Positions 48,627 to 58,424 of a stretch of DNA of 64,000 nucleotides are shown one piece after another. Origin of the DNA: Candidatus Levyibacteriota bacterium (lineage in GTDB: Bacteria > Patescibacteriota > Microgenomatia > Levybacterales > GWA1-39-11); NCBI GenBank assembly GCA_050255815.1, contig JBLMVJ010000035.1, positions 10,727 through 74,726 on the forward strand, written 5' to 3'. Below the pieces are notes generated by a model. The model searched no databases. It had not been told where the DNA came from and saw nothing but the letters and a program-made list of their open reading frames with translations. The position numbers were made by a program, and so were the translations under genes. Each line of letters starts with the position of its first letter. Positions within the stretch are counted from its first letter, which is position 1.

Positions 48627-50399
48627 TTATTTCTTTTGCGCTTTGAAGATTTCTTCTACTTCTTGCAGGGTGGTTGCGTCTTCCGGCTTTTTGTCATCCC
48701 TAAATTTTTCTAACCTGGGAAACCGCAAAGCATAGCCCGGCACATCTACGTCAAATGCTGACCCTGATTTGGAAGGCTTCATACTGCGTCCTGCGGTATG
48801 CACGGGGGATCGGGTCAACTCATCAGCCTTAATTTCTACCACTATTTCCGGGTTTACCCACACATCCGGCTCCAGCCATTTATCTACTTCAAACAGTACT
48901 GGCTTGTGGCTTGCCTTAATCCTCTCTGCCCTCCTGTGCAGCTCTTTCCATTCTTCATCAGTCAGTCCGGTTCCCACCTTTGCTATAGTTTCAAATTTAT
49001 CCTGTTTCTCATTGTAAATCCCTATCAAAAACGCTCCTATCCCAAAAGACGTCCGCTTTCCCCGTCCTGAATAATACCCCATGACTACACAGTCCACCGT
49101 GTCTTCCAGTTTTGACTGGTATGACCGTTTCAGCTTTATCCAATTCCAGCCCCTGGCGCCCGCCTGATACGTACCGTCTAGTTTTTTAGCCAGGATTCCC
49201 TCCAACCCCCGGGAAATGGCATCATCAAAAAAGTTTTCTATTTCTTTTGCATCCCCCAGAACCTGCTCTTCTGCCTGATAGATAGTCTTTCCTTCTTTAA
49301 TGATTCTAGAAACTGCCTTCCTGCGGTCTTTATATGCTTCAGGGATATAATTTTTTCCATTCAGGTACAGCAGGTCAAAAACCATCAGCTTCAGGGGAAT
49401 CTTTTTTGCCATTTCTTCTATGTCATACTTCCGCTTTCTTTGGGCGGTCAGCTGGAACGGAAGATATTCATTTGTTTCCGGATTGTAGGCAATTGCTTCC
49501 CCCTCCAGAATCACTTCATCCGCATCTATTTGGGAGACCAGCCCTTCCTCTACATCCGGGTACATAAAGGTAACCTCTTCAAGATTTCGCGTGAATAGCT
49601 TTACTCTAAACCCTTTCCCCTTTTCCCTCTTCAGGTGCGCCTGTAGCCTAAATCCGTCAAATTTTGGCTCTATAGCGCATTCCCCTATCTTATCTACAAT
49701 TTCCTGCCCTGAAGAAAGACGCTCTGCGCGGGCCATAAGGATGGGGGTAAAAACTGATGGCTTTATATGTGATAAGCCCTTCAAGCCATCCTCTTTTATA
49801 GTTTTTCCTATTATTCCCAAATCAGGCCGGATGTTATATGCCCGCTCAATTTCCGGTCTGGCTTTCTTATCTTTCCCCAGCATCCAGGATAAAGAATCCA
49901 GAACGGTCATATCAGAAAAGCCCAGGCGGAGCTTTGCCACCGGAATCCTGGAAACAAATCTGCGGGATAACGGATCTAAATCCTGCAAAAGCTCTGCCAT
50001 AAGACCTATTTTTTTCTCTACAGAACCCGCTCCTCCACTTTCTGCAACCTGCCTCAACACTTCAAACACCTGGGAAACCGTACCATCTCTTCCCATTTTT
50101 GTTCCCCCCAGGCTTTGGGCTATCTCACCCAAATCCCCAACTTTTTTATATTCTGCTGCAGCTTTTTCATCTGAAACAGCAAAAGCCTGGGCTATAGCTC
50201 TTACCATCATCTTGTCAGCCATCCCAAACTCTAACGGTTCAAAAAGCGGCGCTACCCTTCCCTGCAAAAGATACATTACTTTATCAAAAACGTCCGCCGG
50301 CACTTTTTCAAAAAGTTCTGAGAGAATGAGAATCATGTCATTGCGGGAAGCAGTGTTTTCCAGTTTTTCTAAATGGATTGATAGCTCTGAGAATTTCAT
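48627..50399 (-). CDS. lig: ATP-dependent DNA ligase
   Basis: Adenylation motif I KFDGFR (AIEPKFDGFRLQAHL), nucleotidyltransferase and OB-fold domain layout, 590 aa. Confidence 0.85.
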   Translation of the reverse strand: MKFSELSIHLEKLENTASRNDMILILSELFEKVPADVFDKVMYLLQGRVAPLFEPLEFGMADKMMVRAIAQAFAVSDEKAAAEYKKVGDLGEIAQSLGGTKMGRDGTVSQVFEVLRQVAESGGAGSVEKKIGLMAELLQDLDPLSRRFVSRIPVAKLRLGFSDMTVLDSLSWMLGKDKKARPEIERAYNIRPDLGIIGKTIKEDGLKGLSHIKPSVFTPILMARAERLSSGQEIVDKIGECAIEPKFDGFRLQAHLKREKGKGFRVKLFTRNLEEVTFMYPDVEEGLVSQIDADEVILEGEAIAYNPETNEYLPFQLTAQRKRKYDIEEMAKKIPLKLMVFDLLYLNGKNYIPEAYKDRRKAVSRIIKEGKTIYQAEEQVLGDAKEIENFFDDAISRGLEGILAKKLDGTYQAGARGWNWIKLKRSYQSKLEDTVDCVVMGYYSGRGKRTSFGIGAFLIGIYNEKQDKFETIAKVGTGLTDEEWKELHRRAERIKASHKPVLFEVDKWLEPDVWVNPEIVVEIKADELTRSPVHTAGRSMKPSKSGSAFDVDVPGYALRFPRLEKFRDDKKPEDATTLQEVEEIFKAQKK

Positions 50400-50968
50400 T
50401 TTTTAACGGGAGGTTTTACTCTAAATACCATGGTTCCACTTTTTTCTAACCTTAATGGTTCGAGAATTGTTGACCATGTGGGAGTTAATTTCCATTTATC
50501 TGCACCAATCTCTTCAGGTCTTATTTGTCTACCTTTTATAGAAAAAAATACATTCAGTACTTCCGCACGTGATCTATTATTTGTGTTTGCTAATATTATC
50601 CCTGTTTCTGTACCTTGCATACTTGCAAGTGCTCCTTCAATGCCAAAAATGCCGATTGTGCCTCTCACCTTTTTTCCAGCCCTAATACCGGTTAATAGTT
50701 TTGCTTCTCCTGGGGTTGGGTTTAAAATAAAACCTTTAGAGGTAAGCATCATGTCAGGATCGATATTATAAGCATCTTTTACGTCCATAGAATTTCCTTC
50801 AAGCTCAGTTGCACCATCTACAATATTTACCTCGCGGTCTTTAATAAGAATCTTTACCCCACTCCCAATAGCGGCATGCTCGATTGCATTGAGTGCAGTT
50901 TCCCTATCTCTCCAATCAAGTTCCTGCAAATGTGCAAAGTCTAATTCTTCTTGTAATACATCTACCAT
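50396..50968 (-). CDS. Hypothetical protein (190 aa) translationally coupled upstream of the DNA ligase
   Basis: ATGA start/stop overlap with the ligase. No recognised motifs. GTIGIFGIEGALA segment. Confidence 0.55.
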   Translation of the reverse strand: MVDVLQEELDFAHLQELDWRDRETALNAIEHAAIGSGVKILIKDREVNIVDGATELEGNSMDVKDAYNIDPDMMLTSKGFILNPTPGEAKLLTGIRAGKKVRGTIGIFGIEGALASMQGTETGIILANTNNRSRAEVLNVFFSIKGRQIRPEEIGADKWKLTPTWSTILEPLRLEKSGTMVFRVKPPVKK

Positions 50969-51013
50969 ACTGTGTTTGTATTGTACACTTTTTTGTGGCT
51001 ATACACCTCTGGA

Positions 51014-52045
51014 TTAAGCCATGACGTATTTCACGCCTTTTGTCACGCCTTTCTTCTTCAGTATCCCTTTTTTCACCAAATCCTGCACTTCCCTTAACAC
51101 CGTATCCTCAGATACCATAGGAAACAAAGAACTGTATGCCTTATTCTCTATATAGCCGTTTTGTTTTATATACTCTATAACTTTTAATTGCCTATCAGAA
51201 AGCATAATAGGCCCGCCCAGCTTTTTGCGCAATCCTAAATCTGCAGAAATAGACTCAATTTTTGCTTTTATTTTAGACAGTTCTGAAGACAAGCATTCGG
51301 TGAAATATGCAAGCCATACCGTCTGGTCTCCCTTAAACTTCTCCACACTCTGGAGCGCGTCATAATATTCTTTGGGATTATTATCAAAGTGTTCTTCCAG
51401 GGAGAAAAACTGGCGGATGTCATACCCTTCTTTAAACAAAACCAGGGTAGAGAGCGCGCGCCCTACCCTGCCATTCCCGTCTAAAAATGGATGGATCCGG
51501 ACAAATTCATAATGCACTACACCGGCCTTTAATACCGGATGCATATCTGATTCTTCCTGAATAAAGGACACCAGTTCTTTTACCTGCCAGGGAACCTCTA
51601 TCACTTTTGGCGGGCGGAAAGAAACCTCTCCGGTTATAGAATTTTTAATGACTACATCTTTATCCCGGTAGTCCCCTGATTTATCCAGAGGTAAAATGTT
51701 TGCCACCACTATCTTATGCAGCTGGCGAATTGTGTCCTCATCTATGCGCTTGCCCATAGTCCGCCCCATATATTCCATGACCTTCCGGTAGTTAATGACT
51801 TCCTGTACGTCCCTATTCCGCGCCGCAATAGTTTCACCGTCTAAGATTTTTTGGACCTGGATAAGGGACAATTCATTCCCTTCTATATGGGTACCAAAAT
51901 GGACTGAGCGGACCACTGCCTCTTCCTGGAACTTTTTCTCCCAATAGGGAAGCAATGGGGCATTTTCTATAACTTCCTTTGCCGCCTCTGTACTACCAAT
52001 ATTTTTAAGGATTGCGTTGGTGATAGAAAACGTGGGTGCGTACAT
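51014..52045 (-). CDS. Fic family protein (AMPylator/Fido domain) with a C-terminal winged-helix domain
   Basis: Canonical Fic motif HPFLDGNGRVGRAL. The N-terminal region has THIEGN, a near-match to the inhibitory (S/T)xxxE(G/N) helix motif. Confidence 0.85.
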   Translation of the reverse strand: MYAPTFSITNAILKNIGSTEAAKEVIENAPLLPYWEKKFQEEAVVRSVHFGTHIEGNELSLIQVQKILDGETIAARNRDVQEVINYRKVMEYMGRTMGKRIDEDTIRQLHKIVVANILPLDKSGDYRDKDVVIKNSITGEVSFRPPKVIEVPWQVKELVSFIQEESDMHPVLKAGVVHYEFVRIHPFLDGNGRVGRALSTLVLFKEGYDIRQFFSLEEHFDNNPKEYYDALQSVEKFKGDQTVWLAYFTECLSSELSKIKAKIESISADLGLRKKLGGPIMLSDRQLKVIEYIKQNGYIENKAYSSLFPMVSEDTVLREVQDLVKKGILKKKGVTKGVKYVMA

Positions 52046-52075
52046 GCTAAAAACGAATGGTATTAGTGTGAATAT

Positions 52076-52342
52076 TTACGAACGCTTTTCTTCAAGTCGT
52101 CTGAGAAGACCTGAGAGCTGGTAGGTCACAAAGACCGCAATAATAGTAACAATAATGGCATAGAGAAGTAGCGAGATGAGTCCTGCATTTCCGGGAAGAT
52201 ATTTCTTCACATAACTATTTACAACTTCCTGAATAAGACTATTCCAGGCAAGAGCTGAAACCAGCCCAAAACCTGCAGTTGCCAGAGTCAGCATCTGGCG
52301 GACAATCTCTATGTGAAGCTTTTGCTTTTTTTCACTTGCCAT
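52076..52342 (-). CDS. Small membrane protein (88 aa, 2 TM helices) immediately upstream of fic
   Basis: Hydrophobic segments LTLATAGFGLVSALAW and LISLLLYAIIVTIIAVFV. Confidence 0.5.
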   Translation of the reverse strand: MASEKKQKLHIEIVRQMLTLATAGFGLVSALAWNSLIQEVVNSYVKKYLPGNAGLISLLLYAIIVTIIAVFVTYQLSGLLRRLEEKRS

Positions 52343-52486
52343 AGGACTATGCTCAAGAATACTCTCTTTTGCAATTTGCTTTTGAGCACATACTCAGAAA
52401 GTGAGGATTGCAAATTCGAGCTTGATGAGTATATTCTAACACACTTGTAAATTTACGGAGGGTTAAAGTACAATACAGGCAACTCC

Positions 52487-53533
52487 ATGACGGTTACACA
52501 TCTCACTCTTCAACACCTGAGGAATCATCTGAAACGCTCATTTGAATTCAAAGATATCACTATTATCATAGGCCGGAACACTGCGGGCAAAACAAATATC
52601 CTGGAGGCGCTCTCTATCCTCTCCCATGGTACTTCCTTCCGGGCAGTACGGGATGCAGATGTAATCCAGGAGGGACGTGATTTTGCAAAAATAGAAGCAG
52701 ATGTTTCAACTACTGATGACAAAGCCAGGCTACATGCTATTTTTGCATTACACGGAACTTATTTATCTAAAAAGTACCAGGTGAACGGCGTTGCCCGGTC
52801 TCTACGTACATTTTCCGAATATTTCTACACAGTCCTTTTTACCCCCCAGGATATAGAAATAGTTACTGATACGCCTTCCCTGCGCCGCCGCTACATAGAT
52901 TCTATCCTAACCAAATCCCACAAAGAATACCGTTCTGCCCTCTCTAAATATGAAAAAGCGCTGCGCCAAAGAAACCGCATGCTGCATGATGCAAAGATAG
53001 GCCGGAAAGAATACAGACGTGCGGATTATGAATTCTGGGAGAACCTACTCATAGAACATGGAACAATAATTCATCGGTTCCGAGAGGTATTTGTAGACTA
53101 TGTTAATAATTTCAAAAAGGAAGTTTTCCAATTTGAAATGTTTTATGACCACAGTATCATATCTACTGAGCGCCTGTTTAAGTATCATTTTGAAGAAGCT
53201 GCTGCAGGTGTGACGTTAGTGGGACCACAGAGGGATGACTTTAAATTCTTCTTCCCGGGTACCAAGAAGGAAATCAAGGAGTTCGGTTCCCGCGGTGAAC
53301 AGCGGCTCACCATCCTTCAGCTCAAACTAATAGAAATTAGCTACTTGCTACACGCTACCGGCCAAAGGCCTATCTTACTTTTAGATGACATATTCTCAGA
53401 GTTGGATGCGGAGAACATAGATATGATTTACCATTTTATTGAGGACCAGCAAACCATTATCACTACCACGCACCGGGAATTTGTCCCCAAAAAAATCCTC
53501 AAGCAAGAGAATTTAGCGATAATTGAACTTTAG
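52487..53533 (+). CDS. recF: DNA replication and repair protein RecF
   Basis: Walker A GRNTAGKTNILEA. SMC-like signature near the C-terminus. Walker B LLLDDIFSELD. Confidence 0.85.
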   Translation: MTVTHLTLQHLRNHLKRSFEFKDITIIIGRNTAGKTNILEALSILSHGTSFRAVRDADVIQEGRDFAKIEADVSTTDDKARLHAIFALHGTYLSKKYQVNGVARSLRTFSEYFYTVLFTPQDIEIVTDTPSLRRRYIDSILTKSHKEYRSALSKYEKALRQRNRMLHDAKIGRKEYRRADYEFWENLLIEHGTIIHRFREVFVDYVNNFKKEVFQFEMFYDHSIISTERLFKYHFEEAAAGVTLVGPQRDDFKFFFPGTKKEIKEFGSRGEQRLTILQLKLIEISYLLHATGQRPILLLDDIFSELDAENIDMIYHFIEDQQTIITTTHREFVPKKILKQENLAIIEL

Positions 53534-54056
53534 AAAGTTCGCCTTTTGAAATATAGAAAAATGTATTGTGGGGAGCGGAAACCAGATAGAATCCCGCCAA
53601 AGGCAACAGTACTTTCATAACAGCCGAATGGGAAACAATAAGAATATTGGCACCATTTTCTTTTGCCTTGATTTCACTATACGCAGCAGCAACCCTGGCC
53701 CTCAGTTCTGTCTTTGGCTCACCATAATCTTCATGCCCCAATGCCCTCACCTCAGAGAATGTCCTTCCTTCCATATCCCCTGCGCTCCGCTCATTAAACC
53801 CTGCTACTTTAACCAGATCAGCTATTCCCAACTCTTCCTGCAGAATTTCCCCGGTCTCTATGGTCCTGAGGTATTCAGAAGTATACACCGTTGAAAAAAC
53901 AAAACCTCTTTGTTTAAGTTTTCTTCCTAATGCCCTCGTCTCATCTTTGGAAGATTCCAGGAGGGGAATATGAGGAGTGCTTCCCTGGATCCGGTATTCC
54001 AGATTCCACTGGGTTTTCCCATGCCTTACAAAACCCTCAATCTGCTCTTTTCCCAT
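53499..54056 (-). CDS. Histidine phosphatase family protein (phosphoglycerate mutase-like)
   Basis: FVRHGKTQWN RHG motif, 185 aa. Convergent 35-nt overlap with recF. Confidence 0.7.
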   Translation of the reverse strand: MGKEQIEGFVRHGKTQWNLEYRIQGSTPHIPLLESSKDETRALGRKLKQRGFVFSTVYTSEYLRTIETGEILQEELGIADLVKVAGFNERSAGDMEGRTFSEVRALGHEDYGEPKTELRARVAAAYSEIKAKENGANILIVSHSAVMKVLLPLAGFYLVSAPHNTFFYISKGELSKVQLSLNSLA

Positions 54057-54096
54057 GAAGGGAATGTATCAAGAAAAGCTAGAAAAATCAATCCGT

Positions 54097-54972
54097 TTAT
54101 GTGGTTTTGACAAAGTTAGTAAAAAGCTCTTTAATGTCTTTTGATTCCGAAGTATGGGTAATCTCATAAACAAAATGCGCAAGAGGAAGTTTTACTCCGG
54201 TTTCTTTCTCAAAATACGGGATAGACTCCACCGTGTAATACCCTTCTACAGTTCCCCTGGTTAATTCCAGACTTTTTTCCGGTGAGTGAAAGGCCAGATG
54301 CTTCCCAAAAGTAAAATTTCTGGATTCTTCACTGCTGCAGGTTAAAATAAGATCCCCTACGGTTGCCGGCATAGCCTTCTCATCTATAGGGTAATCAAGT
54401 TTTTTACGCAGGTTATTAAATTCTTCCATAGCCAAAAGCATGATTTTTACACGGGTATTCATCTCATACCCCAATCCGTCAGTAACCCCGCATGCTATGG
54501 CATAGATATTTTTAAACGCTGCTGCTAACTCCAATGACCGCACTCCGCGGGTTACTTTTACCCTAAAAAAGTCTGTCTGGAATAGTTTTTTTACCTCTTC
54601 CGCTTTTTCCTCATTGTCTTTGAATCCCAGGTTAACCAGCGTTGGCATTTTTTTCACTACTTCTTCAGCAAAACTGGGACCCATGAGGGTGAAATATGAA
54701 GGATCATCCAATGTCTTTGAAACTATTTGGAAAGGCAGGTCATGAGTATGCCGCTCTATTCCTTTTGCGCAGTTAATGTAGGTTATACCTTTTACACCCC
54801 GGCTGGGCTCCAATACTTCCCGGATTGCCTGGGTAGGAATGGCACCCACTACCGTAGACCCTTCTCCCAAAACCTCCCCATCCTGCCATATAGAAACCTG
54901 GTGGCTATTTGCATCCAAAACTGACTTCATGGCGGTTCCAAAAGCACCCGCTCCCATGAGTGTAATGTTCAT
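54097..54972 (-). CDS. gpsA: NAD(P)H-dependent glycerol-3-phosphate dehydrogenase-like
   Basis: N-terminal Rossmann ITLMGAGAFGTAM. 291 aa, shorter than the canonical GpsA. Confidence 0.55.
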   Translation of the reverse strand: MNITLMGAGAFGTAMKSVLDANSHQVSIWQDGEVLGEGSTVVGAIPTQAIREVLEPSRGVKGITYINCAKGIERHTHDLPFQIVSKTLDDPSYFTLMGPSFAEEVVKKMPTLVNLGFKDNEEKAEEVKKLFQTDFFRVKVTRGVRSLELAAAFKNIYAIACGVTDGLGYEMNTRVKIMLLAMEEFNNLRKKLDYPIDEKAMPATVGDLILTCSSEESRNFTFGKHLAFHSPEKSLELTRGTVEGYYTVESIPYFEKETGVKLPLAHFVYEITHTSESKDIKELFTNFVKTT

Positions 54973-55032
54973 ATTTATTTGAGATATTCGAGAAATAAAA
55001 TAATCTTCATTGATATTTGAGTTGATTCGAGC

Positions 55033-55845
55033 TTATTGTAGTCCTTTCATCACATAAGGGATTTCATTTGCCAGGTCTGAAGCATTGAAGGCAAGCCCTA
55101 CCTTCTTTTCCAGTGACTCCCCTGCTTTTTTATTAATGTATGAAGCTGCACAAGCTGCCAAAAATGCCTCATTTTTGCAGTATAATGATGCTGCCAGCCC
55201 TGCCAGCACATCCCCGGTCCCGCCTTTTGTCATGCCGGCATTTCCTCCTGAAACAGTAACGGTTTGGTCAGGTGATGCTATCACGTCCTCTACCCCCTTT
55301 TTCAAGATCACACAATGGTATGTATTTGCTGCTTCTGAAATATCCCTACCGTCCAGCAGGGTTTCATATTCTTTTTGATGGGGAGTAAGAATTGGCATCT
55401 GGTTCAAACCCAGTAGTATTTCCGGTTCTATAGTCTGCAGGCTACCGCCATCCAAAACCCAGCGCTTATCAGGATACGAAATCAAAAGTCGTTCAGTAAG
55501 AAGTTTTGTATCCTCTTCTCCCGGCTCCTGCCCTTCGGGACGGGGCAAACCGGGACCAATGAGAATAACATCTGCTTCTCTTATGTAGTCATCCAGTTTT
55601 TCCCTGGGTACCACAATGCCATTTTTAAAATCTTCTTTTGCTTTTTGGATAAGTTCATTGTTTTGGGGGACTGAGGAATAAAAAACCATGTCTACTATCC
55701 GTGATGCAACAGTTAGCGGCCAGATAGAGGCGGCGTGGAAAAGTGTAGAACCCGCAATGATAAGGATTTTTCCATTCTGCCCTTTGTGGGAATCAGCCGG
55801 CGGCACATAGAGACTCTTCAGAACTGATGGATCAAACTCATGCAT
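55033..55845 (-). CDS. nnrD: ADP-dependent (S)-NAD(P)H-hydrate dehydratase (YjeF C-terminal domain, carbohydrate kinase-like)
   Basis: GKILIIAGS..., GPGL, TPHxKE, and the C-terminal GGTGDVLAGL motif. Confidence 0.8.
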   Translation of the reverse strand: MHEFDPSVLKSLYVPPADSHKGQNGKILIIAGSTLFHAASIWPLTVASRIVDMVFYSSVPQNNELIQKAKEDFKNGIVVPREKLDDYIREADVILIGPGLPRPEGQEPGEEDTKLLTERLLISYPDKRWVLDGGSLQTIEPEILLGLNQMPILTPHQKEYETLLDGRDISEAANTYHCVILKKGVEDVIASPDQTVTVSGGNAGMTKGGTGDVLAGLAASLYCKNEAFLAACAASYINKKAGESLEKKVGLAFNASDLANEIPYVMKGLQ

Positions 55846-55964
55846 GGGGATATTGTATCATCTTAAGAGTATCAGGAGCATCATGGGTATCACGTGTATC
55901 AAGGGGAATTTGGAAAAAGCTCTTGGTACCCTTGGTACTTTTGGTACGCTTGCTACCCTTTTCT

Positions 55965-56675
55965 CTATTCACCTTCTATGGTTGTGCCATGAAAATCGCG
56001 CCCTTCCAGCGCGTTTTTAATGTTGTCAAAGTCATCACCCTTAAGGATAATAACCTTAAGCCCTAGCTCCTGTGCCTTTTGTGAGGCAATAGGATCAAAG
56101 GGCAAATTCATACCCGGAACCCATTCATCTCCGGTTAATTTCCGGAAGCCGCTCCAGGTGATTTTCTCTAACGGTTTTGCTTTGGGGTCTATTCGGGGGT
56201 CTGCGGTGTATACCTGGGGAATGTTAGTAAGGTTGAGGACTGTCTTTACGTTGTAGTCTTCACAGATCATGGTGGCGCAAAAATCCGTGCTCCAGCCCGG
56301 CTTCCACCCTGCAGCAATCACTACCGGCTCCTCTACCTTACGGATAATTTCATAATGCTTAATCACATAGGGGTGCGCAATGTCCCGGAAAATAGTCCTG
56401 ACCAAATGGGCATTTAATTTAGTTGCATGGATCCCAAGCCAATCCAAATCATCAGAAGTAAGCTCATGACCTACTACATTACGTCCGGCATCCCGGTATT
56501 TGCGTGCAATAGTACCTCCTCCAACCACTAAAAAAAATTGAAGGTTTGGGTCTGCCTTCAATTCTTTTCTGATAAATGCATTGAGGTTAGAGAGGAATTC
56601 CGTAGATACTCCACCATCAGGGACAAGAAGTGATCCTCCCACAGAGAGTACAATTTTGTGTTTACCGTTTGCCAT
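55965..56675 (-). CDS. pyrH: UMP kinase, archaeal type (amino-acid kinase family)
   Basis: IVLSVGGSLLVP, VVGGGTIARKY, PGWSTD, VYTADP and GTTIEGE mirror the archaeal UMP kinase blocks. Confidence 0.65.
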   Translation of the reverse strand: MANGKHKIVLSVGGSLLVPDGGVSTEFLSNLNAFIRKELKADPNLQFFLVVGGGTIARKYRDAGRNVVGHELTSDDLDWLGIHATKLNAHLVRTIFRDIAHPYVIKHYEIIRKVEEPVVIAAGWKPGWSTDFCATMICEDYNVKTVLNLTNIPQVYTADPRIDPKAKPLEKITWSGFRKLTGDEWVPGMNLPFDPIASQKAQELGLKVIILKGDDFDNIKNALEGRDFHGTTIEGE

Positions 56676-56774
56676 ACCAAAAAGAGCGAATCAGGTATCA
56701 TGTAGGATAACAAATACGCCTGTGGAAATCAAGGCTGATTGAATATAACCGGCATTAAGCTTATTATGTAAAAG

Positions 56775-56909
56775 ATGCCTGAAAATACTTTTCCTGAAAA
56801 AATTCCTGTCCAGTCCTGCCCCCAATGTGGTGAAACCATAGGGGCTATACCCGGTGGACGGGATGCTACCTGCCATAATTGTGGATTCAAAGATCCCTGT
56901 TGTGAGTAA
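56775..56909 (+). CDS. Small zinc-ribbon protein (44 aa; CPQCG...CHNCGF..PCC)
   Basis: Translated by hand: MPENTFPEKIPVQSCPQCGETIGAIPGGRDATCHNCGFKDPCCE. Two CxxC pairs. Below the track's 60-aa cutoff. Weak RBS. Confidence 0.35.
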   Translation: MPENTFPEKIPVQSCPQCGETIGAIPGGRDATCHNCGFKDPCCE

Positions 56910-56947
56910 AAGTTCCGCCTTGTTGACATGAGGAGTATACTAGAAGT

Positions 56948-57529
56948 ATGAGTTGGATTTTCAGGCTGTACATTTTCTTTGTTGCCATTATACTCACTAC
57001 AACCACCGGTTTTGGCATAGCTGCTTTTTATCCCCAACCCATCTCTCCCAGGTACCCTATCTCCAACCCTACGGTTATAGTTCCAAAAAGCTGCTACGCT
57101 ACTCCGCAGGAAGCTGCTACTCCTGAGTGCCAAAAAATTTATGCACAGTTAGAATCAGGACAAACGCAAAACATACAAGCCCAACAGGATTTTGAAAATA
57201 AAATGGAAGCTTACAATAATATAAATGCCGGATACACCAGGACCGCAATCTTTTTAGGCATTTCAGTAGGTGCTTTATTTGCCATTTTAGGGATTGGGAT
57301 TATCAGGTTTTCTCCGCTGGTTGCAAACGGGGTTATCCTGGCCGGAGTTTTGACTGCTATCTTAACGCGCTTTCTGATCATGCTGGCCTCATTGGGCTCA
57401 TCCGCTACCGGAAGTTCCAGTGCTGACGCCCTTTCCTATGTTGAGTTCACTATTCTCCTGATGCTGTCAGCAGCTGTCCTTTTTGTAGGCTTTACCACGC
57501 TGCGCTCACTGCAGGTAAAAACAAAATAA
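56948..57529 (+). CDS. Hypothetical membrane protein (193 aa)
   Basis: An N-terminal and two C-terminal TM segments. GAGGAG RBS 12 nt upstream. Confidence 0.55.
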   Translation: MSWIFRLYIFFVAIILTTTTGFGIAAFYPQPISPRYPISNPTVIVPKSCYATPQEAATPECQKIYAQLESGQTQNIQAQQDFENKMEAYNNINAGYTRTAIFLGISVGALFAILGIGIIRFSPLVANGVILAGVLTAILTRFLIMLASLGSSATGSSSADALSYVEFTILLMLSAAVLFVGFTTLRSLQVKTK

Positions 57530-58387
57530 CTACCGGAGTTTAAAGTATTTAAGGATTTCTAAAAAGCCGTTTTCATCTACTGAGGGTGCCAGGAAATAGT
57601 TGCCATCCCCTTTTGTTTTCGCCTCTTCCTGTAATGCAAGGCTGGTATTTCCTACTACCGCTACGTTTCCGCATTCCTTCATAAAAACCCAATCTCCTGT
57701 AGTGTCCCCTACCCCCAAAATTTCAGGAAATGAAAGCCCCATGGAATCAACTACTTCCCGGACAGCGGAAAGTTTTGTAATTCCTTTCAGGGTAACCAGG
57801 GCATACCGCCAATCCCCGGTCATGGGATGGGACGTCCATAACAAGTTTATCCGGTCTAGGTAAGGCCCTATGATTTTTTTAATTTCCTCTATTTCCTCTG
57901 CTGTCCTGACGGTTGCCAGCATTTTTATCACCTCTAATTCTTCCACATGTTTTTCTAAAGATGGTGAAACCAGGATTTGTTTTTCCATAACGCCTGACCT
58001 TTTCTCCGTGATTTCCGGATTATGTGATGCATCCACAAATGTGTCAGTAAGCGTGTTTACACTAATATGGATCTTTTTTTCAACACAAGCCTTAATTATT
58101 TCTTGTACCAGTTTAGTTTCCAGGGTATGCTTCCTGATAATTTCTTTTTTTATAGGGTTAAAGATGAGGGTACCGCCGTCACCTATATGGGGGTTATCCA
58201 GGTGAGCTTCCCAAATGATATTTTCTATAACGTAAGATGCTTTACCGGTACACAATATAACAGGAATTCCCTTCTGATTGAGGGTTTTGAGGGCATGCAT
58301 CACCTCAGGGTTAGGTTTAGGAAAATTAAACCCTTTCTTATTTCCTATAATAACCCCATCAATATCTGAAATTATTGCGCGAATCAT
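57530..58387 (-). CDS. HAD-superfamily hydrolase, Cof-like (subfamily IIB)
   Basis: N-terminal ISDIDGVI (DxDG motif) and C-terminal GDTTGDW (motif IV). Confidence 0.65.
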   Translation of the reverse strand: MIRAIISDIDGVIIGNKKGFNFPKPNPEVMHALKTLNQKGIPVILCTGKASYVIENIIWEAHLDNPHIGDGGTLIFNPIKKEIIRKHTLETKLVQEIIKACVEKKIHISVNTLTDTFVDASHNPEITEKRSGVMEKQILVSPSLEKHVEELEVIKMLATVRTAEEIEEIKKIIGPYLDRINLLWTSHPMTGDWRYALVTLKGITKLSAVREVVDSMGLSFPEILGVGDTTGDWVFMKECGNVAVVGNTSLALQEEAKTKGDGNYFLAPSVDENGFLEILKYFKLR

Positions 58388-58424
58388 TACGTAATTCTAA
58401 CATTTCCAATGATAGACTTATACT

